Of a stretch of 64,000 nt of DNA, positions 39,986 through 52,791 are shown in pieces. Location: contig NC_086097.1 in assembly GCF_963921235.1 (NCBI RefSeq), positions 143,036,001 to 143,100,000 of the forward strand, in the 5' to 3' direction. The notes beneath the pieces were generated by a model that was not told where the DNA came from, made no database searches, and saw nothing but the letters and a program-made list of their open reading frames with translations. A program made the translations under genes and the position numbers. The first letter of the stretch is position 1; each line of letters starts with the position of its first letter. This DNA comes from Mobula hypostoma (lineage: Eukaryota).

Positions 39986-40134
39986 TTATAAGGTCTGTCA
40001 AAATTTTGAAGCTGGTGAAGACACCTCCTTCTGTTTGTGCCAATGACTGCATATCACAGTCCCAGCACTCTTATTCTGACCAAACAATACCTTATCAGCT
40101 ATTTCCTTGGGTCAACACTACCTCTTCTACTTAC

Positions 40135-40217
40135 CATGGAAGAATGGATTGAATTCCTGAGGTAAAACAGCTGGCGCAAACTTGTATTTACTCCTTTCCA
40201 TCGAACTGATAATCTCC
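40135..40217 (-). CDS. NBEAL2: NBEAL2 exon D (83 nt): EIISSMERSKYKFAPAVLPQEFNPFFH
   Basis: tttcag|G ... G|gtaag; conserved SKYKF..LPQEF. Confidence 0.93.
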
Positions 40218-41267
40218 CTGAAACCAAACAGGAGTGCAGAGTTAGGGTTTTGGGTAAACAGCTGAACTACGCAGGCAGATCAATGATCCTGCTCACAGAC
40301 CGGCTGATGAAGGAAGGCTGTGGTTAAGATCCCACCTCCTCACCAACAGTCAAAGCCACCACATTCTTTTCCATCATCAACAGCATGGCAGTTAATCCTT
40401 TGTAGCACTGACTTTGTATCAAATCCTAGAGACAGGGCAACGACGTGGCACTCCCAGACCATTGGGGGATTTGATAGGTCACTGTTTTAGTGAGGGAAGA
40501 ACAAATATGTTTCAATGAGCCCTTCAATCTCCTGAATTTTCTTTCCCTTTTGCAAACAATTAGTCAGTAAGCATCTCTGAAAAGCAGAGGAGGCGAAGGA
40601 GAAGCAGTACTGCTGGAGTTGTGGGCTTTCACCCCGCCATTTACCCAGCCTTGGTACACGTCAGCCGATATCCTTACCAAACAAAAAATTAATCTCACTC
40701 CAAAGACCTCAGCCTTTCCAGCAAGAGGAACAGGATTTCAAGATTTCCACGCCTCGGGATAAAAGTGCTCGCTAAGTTCACGTTCATGTTTGCGAAGAAA
40801 AAGCATTTCAGGATGTATATTGTATACATTTCTCTGACTTTAAATTGTACCTTTGAACCTTTGAAATAGGCTCTCTATCTTAATAGTAACTCACTTATCA
40901 GCCCAGGAATGAGAGTCGATTGGAACTGGCATTAAAGAAGGTTTTTGTACCATTGTACATAAATAGTCATTCCAGTTGGTGTTGCTCGGTCAGAGGTCAG
41001 GCACAGTCTCCATCCCCTGCCCACAACGCGGTGGGGAGAAGCTGGGGCAAACCATGCAACCAGTCCACACTGCAAACTGGAATTCAAGATACAACTGGGC
41101 TGACAGTACTCTCCACGTACAGAAAGATCCTCTGATCTATCTCACCACTTTGCTGGATGTAATGCAACTGAGCATTCTTGAGCTGGTGATCAGAGTGGAG
41201 TCTCTGGACTTGGGAGAGCTATGCAAACATGCAAACGGACAGCAGCATCCATCACAGAGCTGATGAG

Positions 41268-41428
41268 AGAGTCTGCAGAATTTGCAGTAACACACACACA
41301 CACACACAAAATGCTGGAAGAACTCAGCAAGCAGGTCGGGTAGCATCTATGGAGGGGAATAAATAGTTGCATTTCGGGCCGAGACCTTTCATCAGGGCCC
41401 TTATCAGATCTCGATCTGAAATGTTGAA
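41268..41428 (-). mobile_element. Penelope-tail insertion with (CA)9, a hammerhead-like core and a short inverted remnant
   Basis: Minus strand CTGATGAAAGGTCTCGGCCCGAAA; homologous to 57175-57303. Confidence 0.85.
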
Positions 41429-42645
41429 GCCTGTGAGGTGGCAATGATCAGTGTCAGGCTCCTGGAGCAGCAACAGGGCCCCAGGCAGCATGCAGCTTGA
41501 GCTAATTTTTAACTATCGGACTGTACCTACACCTGAGAGTAGTCAGTCAAGAGGGCTGTATTGAATCAGAGCTTTATAGAACTAAGCAAGGTACCTTTCT
41601 CTGGATTGCACACTAGAGGAATTAGTTTTCCAACAACTAACCTGTCAAAGCTACTGGTTATTTTTAACATCTATGAAAGAACTTCAATTGCATGTATTTT
41701 CCCACTGAGCTCCGACTGAAAAAATCAATTTCTCCCCCAAATTGAAACACGATAACAACTATTTCTATGTCTGTACAGGTCACTTTGACCAGGATGAAAT
41801 GCCTTGCATCCTCACACAATTTCTCTATCATGGTGCATGCCACGAAGTTATTTCCCATGCATTTCAGAGGAACTTAGCCCATGATTTCTTGGGAAAACTT
41901 ATGTTTTTTTGTGAAGGCTCGGGTGGTCTGCCAGATGTCAATTACTTCTCTTTCATCCCTCAGCAGAACCACCACTCCCACTCTTTGAACACACATCTGG
42001 CATGACTCCAACCACTAGCTCTCCACTAATCCTGACCCTAACTGTTCCTCCTCACCAAACCGTAGATCCTCTTCACCCCAATCCTAGATGATGGATTGTG
42101 TGGCTGGTCACCCCAAGCCCCAAATCCATGCTTGGAACAGAATACTTGGCAATCTCAAAAACTTGAGTTGGACCTAATGTTTAACACTTGCAGTGAGGGT
42201 CCTGGATTTTGTGCCTCCTCAACCTTTCAAACTCAAGAAACAACAAGGTCGGGAACAATTACTGTTCAGTTCTTTATGTATTTGAATGATTGGTTACATG
42301 TGATTGTCTCAACTCTCAATTCAGGGTACCAAGAAAAACCAAAGGAAATAAAAGGATATGGGTGATAAATGGGCAAAACAAATGAATTAAATAAGGATTG
42401 CCCAGTGGACATGAGGGTGGCTTTTCAGAGCCAGGAATCAAAGGAAGGCGGAATTACAAAGCGAATTTCATTGGGTCACAGAGAGAGGTCTGAGAAAAAG
42501 AGGAAGCAAGCATTTATTTGGAAGGACTGAGGAGTTAGAGTTCTGAACTAACTTGGATTAACAGCATGAATGAAGATTGTCAAGCACAGCATGAGAGAAC
42601 ATCTGTTAATGAACAGAAAGTTGCATCCGCATTGCACCTACTTAC

Positions 42646-42773
42646 CCGCCCAATTGTCGCCTCCAGATTTGATATGGATCGAAGAGGCATTCACACAAGT
42701 GCAGTGCATACATAGTCAATTGTTCAACCTCTGAGGTGGCTGGTAAATGTCTCTCTTGTGTTTCATTCTTTAG
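42646..42773 (-). CDS. NBEAL2: NBEAL2 exon C (128 nt): LKNETQE...LCECLFDPYQIWRRQLG
   Basis: ttcctag|CTA ... GG|gtaag; conserved LFDPYQxWRR. Confidence 0.93.
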
Positions 42774-42829
42774 CTAGGAAGAGAGAAGAATGAAGAAAAA
42801 AAATAAACAACTGGTAGCAGAAGACAATT

Positions 42830-43170
42830 AGACCATAATACATTGGGGCAGAATTAGGCCATTTGGCCCATTGAGTCTGCTTCGCCATTTCATCATGGCA
42901 GATTTATTATCCCTCTTATTCTCCTGCCTTTGCCCCCTAACTTTTTATGCCCTAACTAATAAAGAACAAATCAACCTCTGCTTTAAATATACCCAATGAC
43001 TTGGCCTCGATAGCTGTCTGTGGTAATAAATTCCACAGATTCACCACCCTTTGGCTGAAGAAATTCCTCCTCATCTCCGTTTAAAAGGAACATCCCTCTA
43101 GTCTGAGGCTGTGCCCTCTTGTCCTAGCCTCTGCCACTATAGGAAACATCCACTCTATGCAGGCCTTTCT
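42830..43170 (-). mobile_element. CR1 3' end fragment
   Basis: Similar to positions 1-190 of the window (cccaatgacttggcctc...aaattccacagatt). Confidence 0.85.
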
Positions 43171-44744
43171 CAAAATTCTTTCTACAAAACATCTACATTG
43201 GTGTTTTTAGAATTAAATTCCTAAAATTGGAGTTTCAAGAGATGTAGATGTCTGCACTGGGTTATGGAACATGCAAATAGTCATGGTAAGTTTTTGCATT
43301 CTAGCAATAAGCATCACTTATCATTTATGAAGAAACATGTCATACAGCTCCCAATGTCTTTGCTGGTGTCTATAATCTAATGGGTGACATTTCACATTAA
43401 ACTTCATCAAAAATATTTCAATTTCTTTCTCATATTGTCTTATGACACAGGAGTCCATTCCATCCCTCATCTATGCCACTTCTTAGAACATTCCCATGTC
43501 ATATCCCCTCCGTCTCTCTCTCTCTCACACACACACACACAGAGCTCACTCCAATTTTCCCATTAACCCACCAACACCAGGGGGAAATCACAGCAGCTAA
43601 TTAAGCCACCAGAACATGTTTAGGATGCTGGGGAAAATAACAGAGTATCTCGAGGGAACTGCCCGCATACTGGGAGAATGCAGAAACTCCACATAGACTG
43701 ACCAGAGAACAGCATTGAACCTGGGTTACTGCACCTAAAGCATAAAGGCAATGCAGATACTGACACAGAAGGAAACCATCAACTCCTGAGGGAGCAATGT
43801 CATTAGTCCCATTACTTCTTTCCTTATTTTCCCCAGCCTTCCAAAAATCACTCTTTCTGACATATAACTATCAACATTCCACTATTTTTGCCATTAACCT
43901 ACACAAGGCCTAACACAAGGTAGCCAATTAACCCACCAGCATATCTTGAGGATGTGGAATAAAAGTAGAGCTCCCAATGGAAACTAACTGGATCTTAGGG
44001 AGAATCTGCACACTCTTCACAGACCTTCCAAATTCCTCTTAATGCTATCTTGCTTCAGATTGGCTGGAAAGTTGGAGGGAAAATCATTAGGGGAGCATCT
44101 ATGCATCTACCATGCCTGCCTGAGAGCTTGCGAGATTGAGGGGTGCTTTTGAAATAGCCTGGATGAGTAACTGCCATGCACACAATGACCATGATTTGGC
44201 AGTGGTAGAGGGAATAAATGACAGAGACTGAATATTGAATTCTAACCACTCTCTGGTAAAGATGTTCCTCTTGAATTCCCTACTGGATTTCTTGGTGACT
44301 ATCTTACATTTATGGATCCGAGCTCTGATCTTGCGTAAACCTTTCTATATTTATTTTTATCAAATATTATCATAATCTTAGCAGCACTATCATAGAAAGA
44401 TAAAGGGTTAACATGGATGAGTGGGGCTACAGGACATGTTTCTATACTGTAAAGCTCTGTGAATATTCTATCTAGTCACACTTCTGATTTTTCTTCTTTT
44501 CCCTGATGTTTTACCTGTTTTCCATCTACTTTTGAATTTTAGGAATCCAAGTTCAGAAATAAACCCTTGTATCTATGTAGCCTCAGTACCCTGCATTGGT
44601 ACTTAGGATCTGTGCATTGCCATCTCAAATCTTTTGACTCATGTCCTCTTAGATATATTTTTTCTAAGTACCATGTGGCCTTCAAATTCTTCATACCGGA
44701 TTGTTTCCTTTCACCAACACTGAAGTTTAGTGGTCACATAGACC

Positions 44745-46750
44745 AGAACCGGATTTACTGATGAATGTCATGAAACTTGTTTTTTGGCTGCAGTACAGTG
44801 CAATACATAATGAATAAATAACAGTGCAAAAGCAGAGCAAAAATAGTGAAGTGGTGTTCATGAGCTCAATGACTGTTCAGAAATATGGTGGGGAAGGGGA
44901 AGAAGCTGTTCCTAAGGATGCTCTTTATCAACTCTAGCTCTGCATTCAATGCTATTAACGCCCCCCCCCCAAAAAAACTAATCAATGCTTCAATACCTTG
45001 GCCTCAATACCCCCTTATGCAACTGTATCCTCAATTTTCTCACTTGCAAACTCCAGTCAGTTTGGATTGGCATCAATATCTCCTCCACAATCTCCATCAG
45101 CAAAGGTGTACCACAAGGCTGTGTGCTTACAGCCCTGCTCTATATGCTTTATACCTCAGGCTTAGCACAGCTCCAGTGCCGTATATGTTTGCTGACGACA
45201 CCACAGTCGTAGGCCAAATCAAATATGATGATGAATCCACATATGGAAGGAAGCTTGGAAATCTGGCTGAGTGGTGCCACAACAACAACCTCTCACTCAA
45301 GACCACGGAGATGATTATTGACTTCAGGAGGAGGAAGCCAGAGGTCCATCAACCAGTTCTCATCGGGGGAACAAAGAGGGTGAGTGTCATCAACTTTAAA
45401 TTCCTCGGTGTTATCATTTCAGTGGATCTGTCTTGGGTCCAGCATGCTAGTGCCATTATGAAGAAAGCACAGCATCGCCTCTACTTCCTCACACATTTGC
45501 AAAGATTTAGCATGACATCTATAACGTTGACAAACTTCAATAGATGTGTGGTGGAGAGTATATTGATTGGCTGCATTACAGCCTGGTATAGAATGCCCTT
45601 GAACAGAAAATCTTACAACAAGTAATGCATATGGCCTAGCCCATCACAGGTGAGAGCCTCCCTACCATTGAGCACATCTACATAGAGAGCTGTCACAGGA
45701 AAGCAGCATCCCATCGTCAAGGACCCCCACCGCCCAGCCCATACTCTTCTCACTGCTGCTTTGAGGAAGGTGGTACAGGAGCCTCAGGACCCACACCATC
45801 AGGTTCAGGAACAGTTATTACCCCTCAACCATCAGACTCTTGAACCAGTGTTGATAACTTCACTCACCACATCACTGAACTGTTTCCACAACCTATGGAC
45901 TCAATATTTATTTCTTATTTATGTATTACTTCTTTTTGTATTTTCACAGTTTGTTGTCTTTTGCGCTTTGTTTTTTTTTTGTCTGTCCAGTTGGGTGAGG
46001 TCTTTCATTGATTCTATTGTGTTTCTTGGATTCACTGTGTATAAACAAATCTCAGTGTTGTATATGGTGACGTATACTCTGTGTACTTTGATAATAAATT
46101 TACTTTGAACCTTGAACATCACAAATCTTCTCAAACTCCTAATGAAATATAGTCACTGGTATGTCTGCTACATAACTGCATCAATAGCCCAGGATAGATC
46201 TTCAGAGATGTTGACACCTAGGAACTGCTCACCCTTTCCACTGCTGATCCTTTGATGAGGAAAGAGGTGTGTTCTCCCAACTTCCCCTTCCTGAAATCCA
46301 CAATCAATTCCTAGACTTTACTGACATTGAGTGCAAGTTTGTTGTTGTGACATCGCTCAACCAGCTGATCTAACTCACTCCTGTAAGCCTCCTTGTCACC
46401 ATCTGAGATTCTGCCAACAGTTGAGTCATCGGCAAATCTAGAGATGGAGTTTGAGTAAGGAGAAAGTACAGCAGTGGGCTAAGCATACATCCTTGATGTG
46501 CAGCTGTGTTGATTGTCAGTGAGGAGATGTTATTTCCAACCTGCACTGATCGTAGCCCCCAATGAGGAAGTCAAGGATCCAGTTACAGAGAGAGGTACAG
46601 AGGCCCAGGTTTTGAAACTTATTGATTAGTACTAAGGGGGTGACAGTGTTGAATGCTGAGCTGTAATTAATGAACAGCAGTCCGATGTAGGCTTTGCTGT
46701 TGTCCGGGTGAGTGGAGAGCCAGTGACACTGTACCTGTTGTAGACCTGTT
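44745..46750 (-). mobile_element. Antisense Rex1/Babar-like element in two pieces (44745-44915 and 46117-46750) flanking the + copy
   Basis: 46117-46750 is the reverse complement of the same RT region (gagtcatcggcaaa = FADDS); 44745-44915 resembles an antisense 3' UTR. Confidence 0.7.
44917..46116 (+). mobile_element. Rex1/Babar-like LINE (RT plus 3' UTR)
   Basis: [42 protein letters not shown]; tail tttgaaccttgaac. Confidence 0.88.
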
Positions 46751-48168
46751 TTAGTAGTCTATCCTTATATCCTTTCTGCAATTTTATTAACAACTTCCTC
46801 GATTTTGAAGTTTTCCTTTCGTCATAGCCATAAACTGACCTCATCAATATATGTACAAATAGTGTTTCTTGTTTGCAAGATCAGATTATTCACCATGTCA
46901 ATACAGCACCATTCCTTTTACTTTCAACTTATCTAAACTCCTTCCCAAATTAACAACATTTCTGACACAGTCCTGTATTTATTGATGAATTTACAGTGGC
47001 CCTGGATCTAGCCTTGTAGTTCTTTTGTTGTTGAAGTGCATGTAGAATACTATTCCAAGCTGAAAATACGGCTTTAGTTTATCTGTCTCGTCTATTTCCT
47101 ACAACAGTTACCATGCACTCATCTAAGCTGACAATGCTAATTCAGGTCCAAAAGAGAAACAATTCACACGACAGCTGGGTACAAGTTGACCTCACGCTGA
47201 TCTTACTTGCAGATCAAGTAGACATAACATGGCAAATATTCAGATTGAGTACAACAATGGTTTCATTAAAGAAGTAAATGAAAATCACAAAATGCAATAT
47301 ATAGTAGAAAAATTATCTTGATAAAGGGGATTGTTACAATGGAGAATGGTCTGCTGCAAATGGGCGCTTCAACAGTCCACTTTTTGTTCAAAAGAAGTAA
47401 ACCGTTGCTCCATAAATATTAATGGTCAGAAGGAACAATGAGAATTATTATGTCTGCTCACACATAGAAGATTAGGGCAAATTAATTGGAAAGTTGGATC
47501 AGAGAAGGAGAGATAAAATATGAGCAGGGAATGAGCAGAAGTAATGATTTATGCGGAGACAAATAATGGCACAAAATCAATTGTTAATTTTCCTCTAACT
47601 GTCCTTGTTAATGTGCTGCGGATCACTGGTCGGAAAGCTGAGTAACTGATGCACATAATTGTAGAATCAAAATATCTACAAGATGAAACAAAACAAAGCT
47701 ATTTATGTGCGCTCTGATGCGAGATCTTTTCTTATTGGATCTATCATTTGAGGTATAATTTTAATGGGGGATAGTAACTGCAGACTTGTCTTTGTCCATT
47801 CTGATTCCTGGCTCATGGATTATACCTGATAAGCTCCAAATTAGGCTCCTGTTATGAAGAAAGGTATGAGAAAGGTAAAAGAAAGATGGTGTTAACTTCA
47901 GTTCTTTGGGATTTATTTGGAAAACTTCTCCTTTCATGCAGAACTGCCTGGGAAAATTAATCAACATCTTCCTGTGTCATATACTGCCTGAGAAAACTGA
48001 GGAAAGCACACTACTGTGTCTACTCAGATCTCAACACTACATATTCCAGCAGCCATTCACAGGGAGGAAATTCTGCACCTTTATCTTCACTCTACTGCCC
48101 TGAGCAGAAAAAAATAGAAATGATTGTGGTGATACGTGTTCAAGTCTGCCCAGACCCAATTGATCATT

Positions 48169-48206
48169 GACAAGAGAAGATCTGCAGATGCTGGAAATCC
48201 AAGCAT
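48169..48206 (-). mobile_element. 38-bp Penelope terminal micro-insertion; 9-bp TSD
   Basis: TTGATCATT at 48160-48168 and 48207-48215 around acaagagaagatctgcagatgctggaaatccaagca. Confidence 0.85.
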
Positions 48207-48293
48207 TTGATCATTTTTTAGATTCTAAAATAAAATTAATTACAAGTTTTCAAAATGAAGCAAAATTAAGCCAAAGAAAGAGAGAGGGCTCAC

Positions 48294-48375
48294 CTCAGAT
48301 GTGCAGCCAGCCAACAGGTTAATAACCTCCAGGATGAAGGTTGGAGTGATTTTTGCTTCAATATTTTCAAAATTT
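48294..48375 (-). CDS. NBEAL2: NBEAL2 exon B (82 nt): NFENIEAKITPTFILEVINLLAGCTSE
   Basis: aaacag|A ... GAG|gtgag; resembles the NLENIE motif; not in the ORF track. Confidence 0.9.
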
Positions 48376-48789
48376 CTGTTTAAAGGAAGAAACATATCTG
48401 GTTATTAGATGTCCTGGGCCAAGGTTCAGTCACACAGAAGTAGATTACAGAACTGAATCCAATCAAGAGTTTCCGATAATTTACAAGCAGAATGATGGAC
48501 AACCATGGAGCTACAGTAACCTGCAACACTAGAGCAAGGTATATGTTGTGTAGCTGAATGCAAGTACTCTTGGATGCAAACCAGTAATTTGTTCCTGTTA
48601 AAATTCTTTCATTGTTCACAAACATAAAATCATCCTTGATCCACTGCAACTGGGCATCTTAATATCAAAGGTAATTTTATTTTGAAAAACTTTCTTGATG
48701 CACGTTAGAATGCTAATCCTGCTCAGCTTTATTAATTCAGTTGAAATTGAGCATACAGATTGCGCAGTCAACTAAATACAACTGTTAAT

Positions 48790-49190
48790 AAGCATGTTCT
48801 TAGTGGTCTTTGGTCACTGACTCAGAAAGTACAGGGGTCAGGTTGTATTTCAGAGGCATGAACACAGAAAAATCTAAATTGAGATCTCACTGGAGTACTA
48901 AATACTGTGCATACTACAATGTCAGAGCAGCCATCTGTAAACTGAAATCACTTAGATGTATAAAGATGACACACCTTGCAGGCATTCCTTTTTGATATTC
49001 TGGTGAACACAAACCCATTCACAAACACAATGATAATAAATGGCCTTGTCATCATTATATTGTTATATCTGGGACCTTTGTGTGAACCAGTTATGTTGTG
49101 TGATTGCTGTTTTCTAGTGTGCTTCTAGAGTTCTAAAAGTTCAAGTATTTAAACGGGGTTTTCATTGGGAAATAGTTTGAGAAGTCCTGG
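48790..49190 (+). mobile_element. Degenerate Deu-domain SINE-like element
   Basis: tgactcagaaag...actggagtact...tcattatattgttatatctgggacctttgtgtg; inverse-similar to 27640-28000. Confidence 0.5.
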
Positions 49191-50331
49191 ATCCTGGAGC
49201 AGATTATTTTCTATTCAACTTTTGGTCTAGCTCAAAAAAATAGGAAAAATAACAAATCTCCTGAAAGAGGAATTTGAGTGCAAGGAAGGTTGTTGATAAG
49301 ACAGGACATATTTGACAAAAGCAACATTAGAGTCATCGAATACTACAGCAAAGAAACCAGCCCTTCAGCCTGTCTAATCTGTGCCAATCTGATTTTCTGC
49401 CTAGTCCCATCTACGTGCACCTGGACAATAGCCCTCCACACCCCTCTCATCAATGCATCTATCTAAACTTCTCTTAAAAATTGCAATTGACACGGCATTC
49501 ATCATCTCTGCTGGCAGCTTATTCCACACTCACATCATCAACCTTTGAATGAAGAAGTTCTGCCTCCGATTCCCCTGAAATAATTCTTAAATATTTCACC
49601 TTTCACCCTATAGTATGATTGCAGAATTCTGAGATAGGAATTGCAAATTAGTTTCTCCTCAGATCAAACTAAATAGGAAAATAGATCAGACACAGAGAAA
49701 GCCCGGATGGCAAATTGGATTTCAGAGAGCCTTTCCCAATGAAGCCAGAAAGCCTGAAGTTAAATGCCCCCTTGTGTGCTTCCATAATTTTGGAAGTACT
49801 CAGAAAACTGGTGTGGATCAGTGAAAAAGGCTAGATAGAGGAATTAAAAGGTTGGTGTTTCATAATTAAGGAAGGAATAGGACACTTTATTCAACAGGTA
49901 GTCATGAAGGATCTCAATAATCTTTGTCAACTGCACTGTCCCCAATCCACAGCTACATTCCAGGAAATAAATAGACAACTGTACGTGTGGGGGGAAGCAG
50001 CTGCGGGTTATTTTGTGAAGGAGTTACAACAAAATGGATAGGTAATCAGGCCCTTCAATATTACTCAATCTTCCCTCCTGCCAATATCTATAAGCTAATG
50101 TCAATGTGGTTTTCATATGAATCTGTGTTATTTTCCTCTCCGCAGAGCAGCAAACACTGCTTTTGTTACTTGAATGATGGATGGATCTGAAAATAGGTTG
50201 TTGATTCTCTAACGTAGAGATATGTCCTTTTAACAAGAGGCTGCCCAGGGGTGTGATGTCCAAATGTGAAGCAACATATCTTCCCTCCATGTTGCCAATG
50301 TCACCTCCAAATACCTCACCTTCCTGTTTTG

Positions 50332-51008
50332 ATAGAAACATAGAAAGCCTACATCATAATACAGGCCCTTCGGCCCACAAAGCTGTGCCGAACATGTCCT
50401 TACCTGAGAAATTACCTAGGGTTACCCATAGCCCTCTATCTTTCTGAGCTCCATATACTTGTCCAGGAGTATCTTAAAAGACCCTATCGTATCCGCCTCC
50501 ACCTCTGTCGTTGGCAGCCCATTCCATGCACTCACCACTCTACGTAAAAAAACTTACTCCTGATATCTCCTCTGTACCTACTTCCAAGCACCTTAAAACT
50601 GTGCCCTCTTGTGTTGACCATTTCAGCCCTGGGAAAAAGCCTCTGACTATCCACATGATCAATGCCTCTCGTCATCCTATACACCTCTATCAGGTCACCT
50701 CTCATCCTCCGTCGCTCCAAGGAGAAAAGGCCGAGTTCACTCAACCTATTCTCATAAGGCATGCTCCCCATTCCAGACAACATCCTTGTAAATCTCCTCT
50801 GCACCCTTTCTATGGTTTCCACATCCTTCCACTAGTGAGGCGACCAGAACTGAGCACGGTACTCCAAGTGGGGTCTGACCAGGGTCCTATATAGCTGCAA
50901 CATTACCTCTCGGCTCCTAAACTCAACCCTATGATTGGTGAAGGCCAATGCACCATAAGCTTTCTTAACCACAGAGTCAACCTGCACAGCAGCCTTGAGT
51001 GTCCTATG
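50332..51008 (-). mobile_element. CR1 3' portion, well preserved
   Basis: IERVQRRFTRM...LFSLERRRMRGDLIEVY; (ATAGAAAC)n tail. Confidence 0.92.
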
Positions 51009-51389
51009 TGTTGAAACTATCCTGAATCTGGTATACTATCTACACAAAACCAAGACTATCAGCAAAAGTCAGAGACTTTGTCATTCTAAGGCAAGTGACT
51101 CACTTCTGTCTCCCCATGGATCCTCCATCACTGAAAGGGCACAGGCAAAACACATGAGAGTAAACTTTCCACTTATATATTACTAAACAAAAACTTGACA
51201 TCAACCAAAACAAAACTGCTTGCTTGAACATTCCATTTCCTCCACCATCTCAGAAAACATCACCACAATTTAACAAAGTATTTTTGAAAGAATCTCCAAA
51301 CCGTTAACTTCCAACCTCTGAAAAGACAAAGGCATGAAACACAACGGCAACATTTTTTCCTCATCACACTGCTTTCCGCCTTTGAAAAA

Positions 51390-52530
51390 AAAAATGAGGG
51401 AATGGTGGTAGACATTATCTACATGCAGCTTAAAAAGTCTTTGACAAGGCCGCACATAGTAGACTGCTCTGAAAGATGAGCTGGTATATGATCCAGGGTG
51501 AGCTAACCAATTGGATACAGAAATCGGTGAGACAGAAAAGGTCAGAGGGTGATATTGGAGGGTTGATATTTAGGTTGGAGGCCTACCTCCAGAGGTGTGC
51601 TACAGAGATTGATACTGGGTCCTCTGTTGCTTTGTCATATTTCTTAACAATTTGGATGGAGATGTAAATGCACGATTAGCAAGTTTACAGATGGCACTGA
51701 AATTGGTGGTTTAGTGGACAGTGAAGAAGGTTGTCTAAGGTTACCACCGCATTTAGATCAAATGGGAAAATAGGGCAAGGAATGGCAAATGGTATTAACT
51801 CATACAGGTGTGAAGTCTTGCATTTTGGGAAATTAACCCTGGAAGGAGATACACAATTCATTACAGGACCATGGAGACTACTGTAGAACAGAGAGACAAG
51901 AGGCTATAGATCGGGGGTGGCCAATTTTCAGATGTGCCATACAACTCTTGTACCCCCACAATTCTTGTAAAAATATGTTAATATAGAACTCGTGCGTGAA
52001 AAAAATCGCATCTGAACTCATGCGTGAAAATATTGACGCATGGAATGTGAAAGGTTGGCCACCCCTGCTATAGATGAAAGTGGACAAAGTGGTGAAGAGG
52101 GTGTATGACACACTTTTATTCACTGGACAGGACAGTGAGTACAAGAGTTGGGACATCGCGTCACAACTGTACAAGACGTTGGTGAGAATACACCACTTCC
52201 CATCACCTGGGTGTAAAACGAATGGGATTAAACTGGAGAAGTGCAGAAAAAAAAACACAAGTATGTTGCTGGGACTTGAGTTACAAGGAGGGATTGGATA
52301 GGATAAGACTGATTTCCCAGGAGTGAAGGAGGCTGAGCAGTGCCCCTTATGGAAATTTATAAAATCATGAGAGGCAAAAATAATGTGGATATTCACAGTC
52401 TACTTACCAGGGTAGGGGAAAAGTTTATGGTAAGAGGGGAAAGATTTAAAAGGGACTTGAGAAGTAGTTCTTTTCCCCACAGAGTGTGGTGGATGTGTGT
52501 GTACATATATTTCTGTGCTGTGTAACTATT
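51390..52530 (+). mobile_element. Degenerate CR1 RT fragment hosting a hAT MITE
   Basis: tctttgacaaggccgcac, aagtttacagatggcactgaaattgg, LYKTLVR. Confidence 0.8.
51912..52067. mobile_element. 156-bp hAT (Charlie-like) MITE with 8-bp TSD CTATAGAT
   Basis: TIRs CGGGGGTGGCCAA and TTGGCCACCCCTG; CTATAGAT at 51904-51911 and 52068-52075. Confidence 0.9.
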
Positions 52531-52791
52531 ACATGCTAACATGTGACAAAGTTACAGGCAGTTATTTCAGTTTGCTGATTGGCTTCCTCTGTTGGTTTGA
52601 CTTCTGCAGCTGTATACTTGTCTCCGACACTGTGCTCACTTCAGGAAAGGAACAACTGACAATCATTTGACTTGTTCCTGTGACTCTTGGACAGCTGGCA
52701 ACTAGATTCATCAGGAACAGATTAATCAGATATTACTTCAGCTGTTTACCAGTATGTCACTTGCTGTGACCCTTCGAGTATGAGTATCTCT

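Noticed and set aside
40920..41263. Plus-strand ORFs 40920..41135 and 40976..41263 as a nested gene
   Set aside because: Short, no ATG start, no recognisable domain
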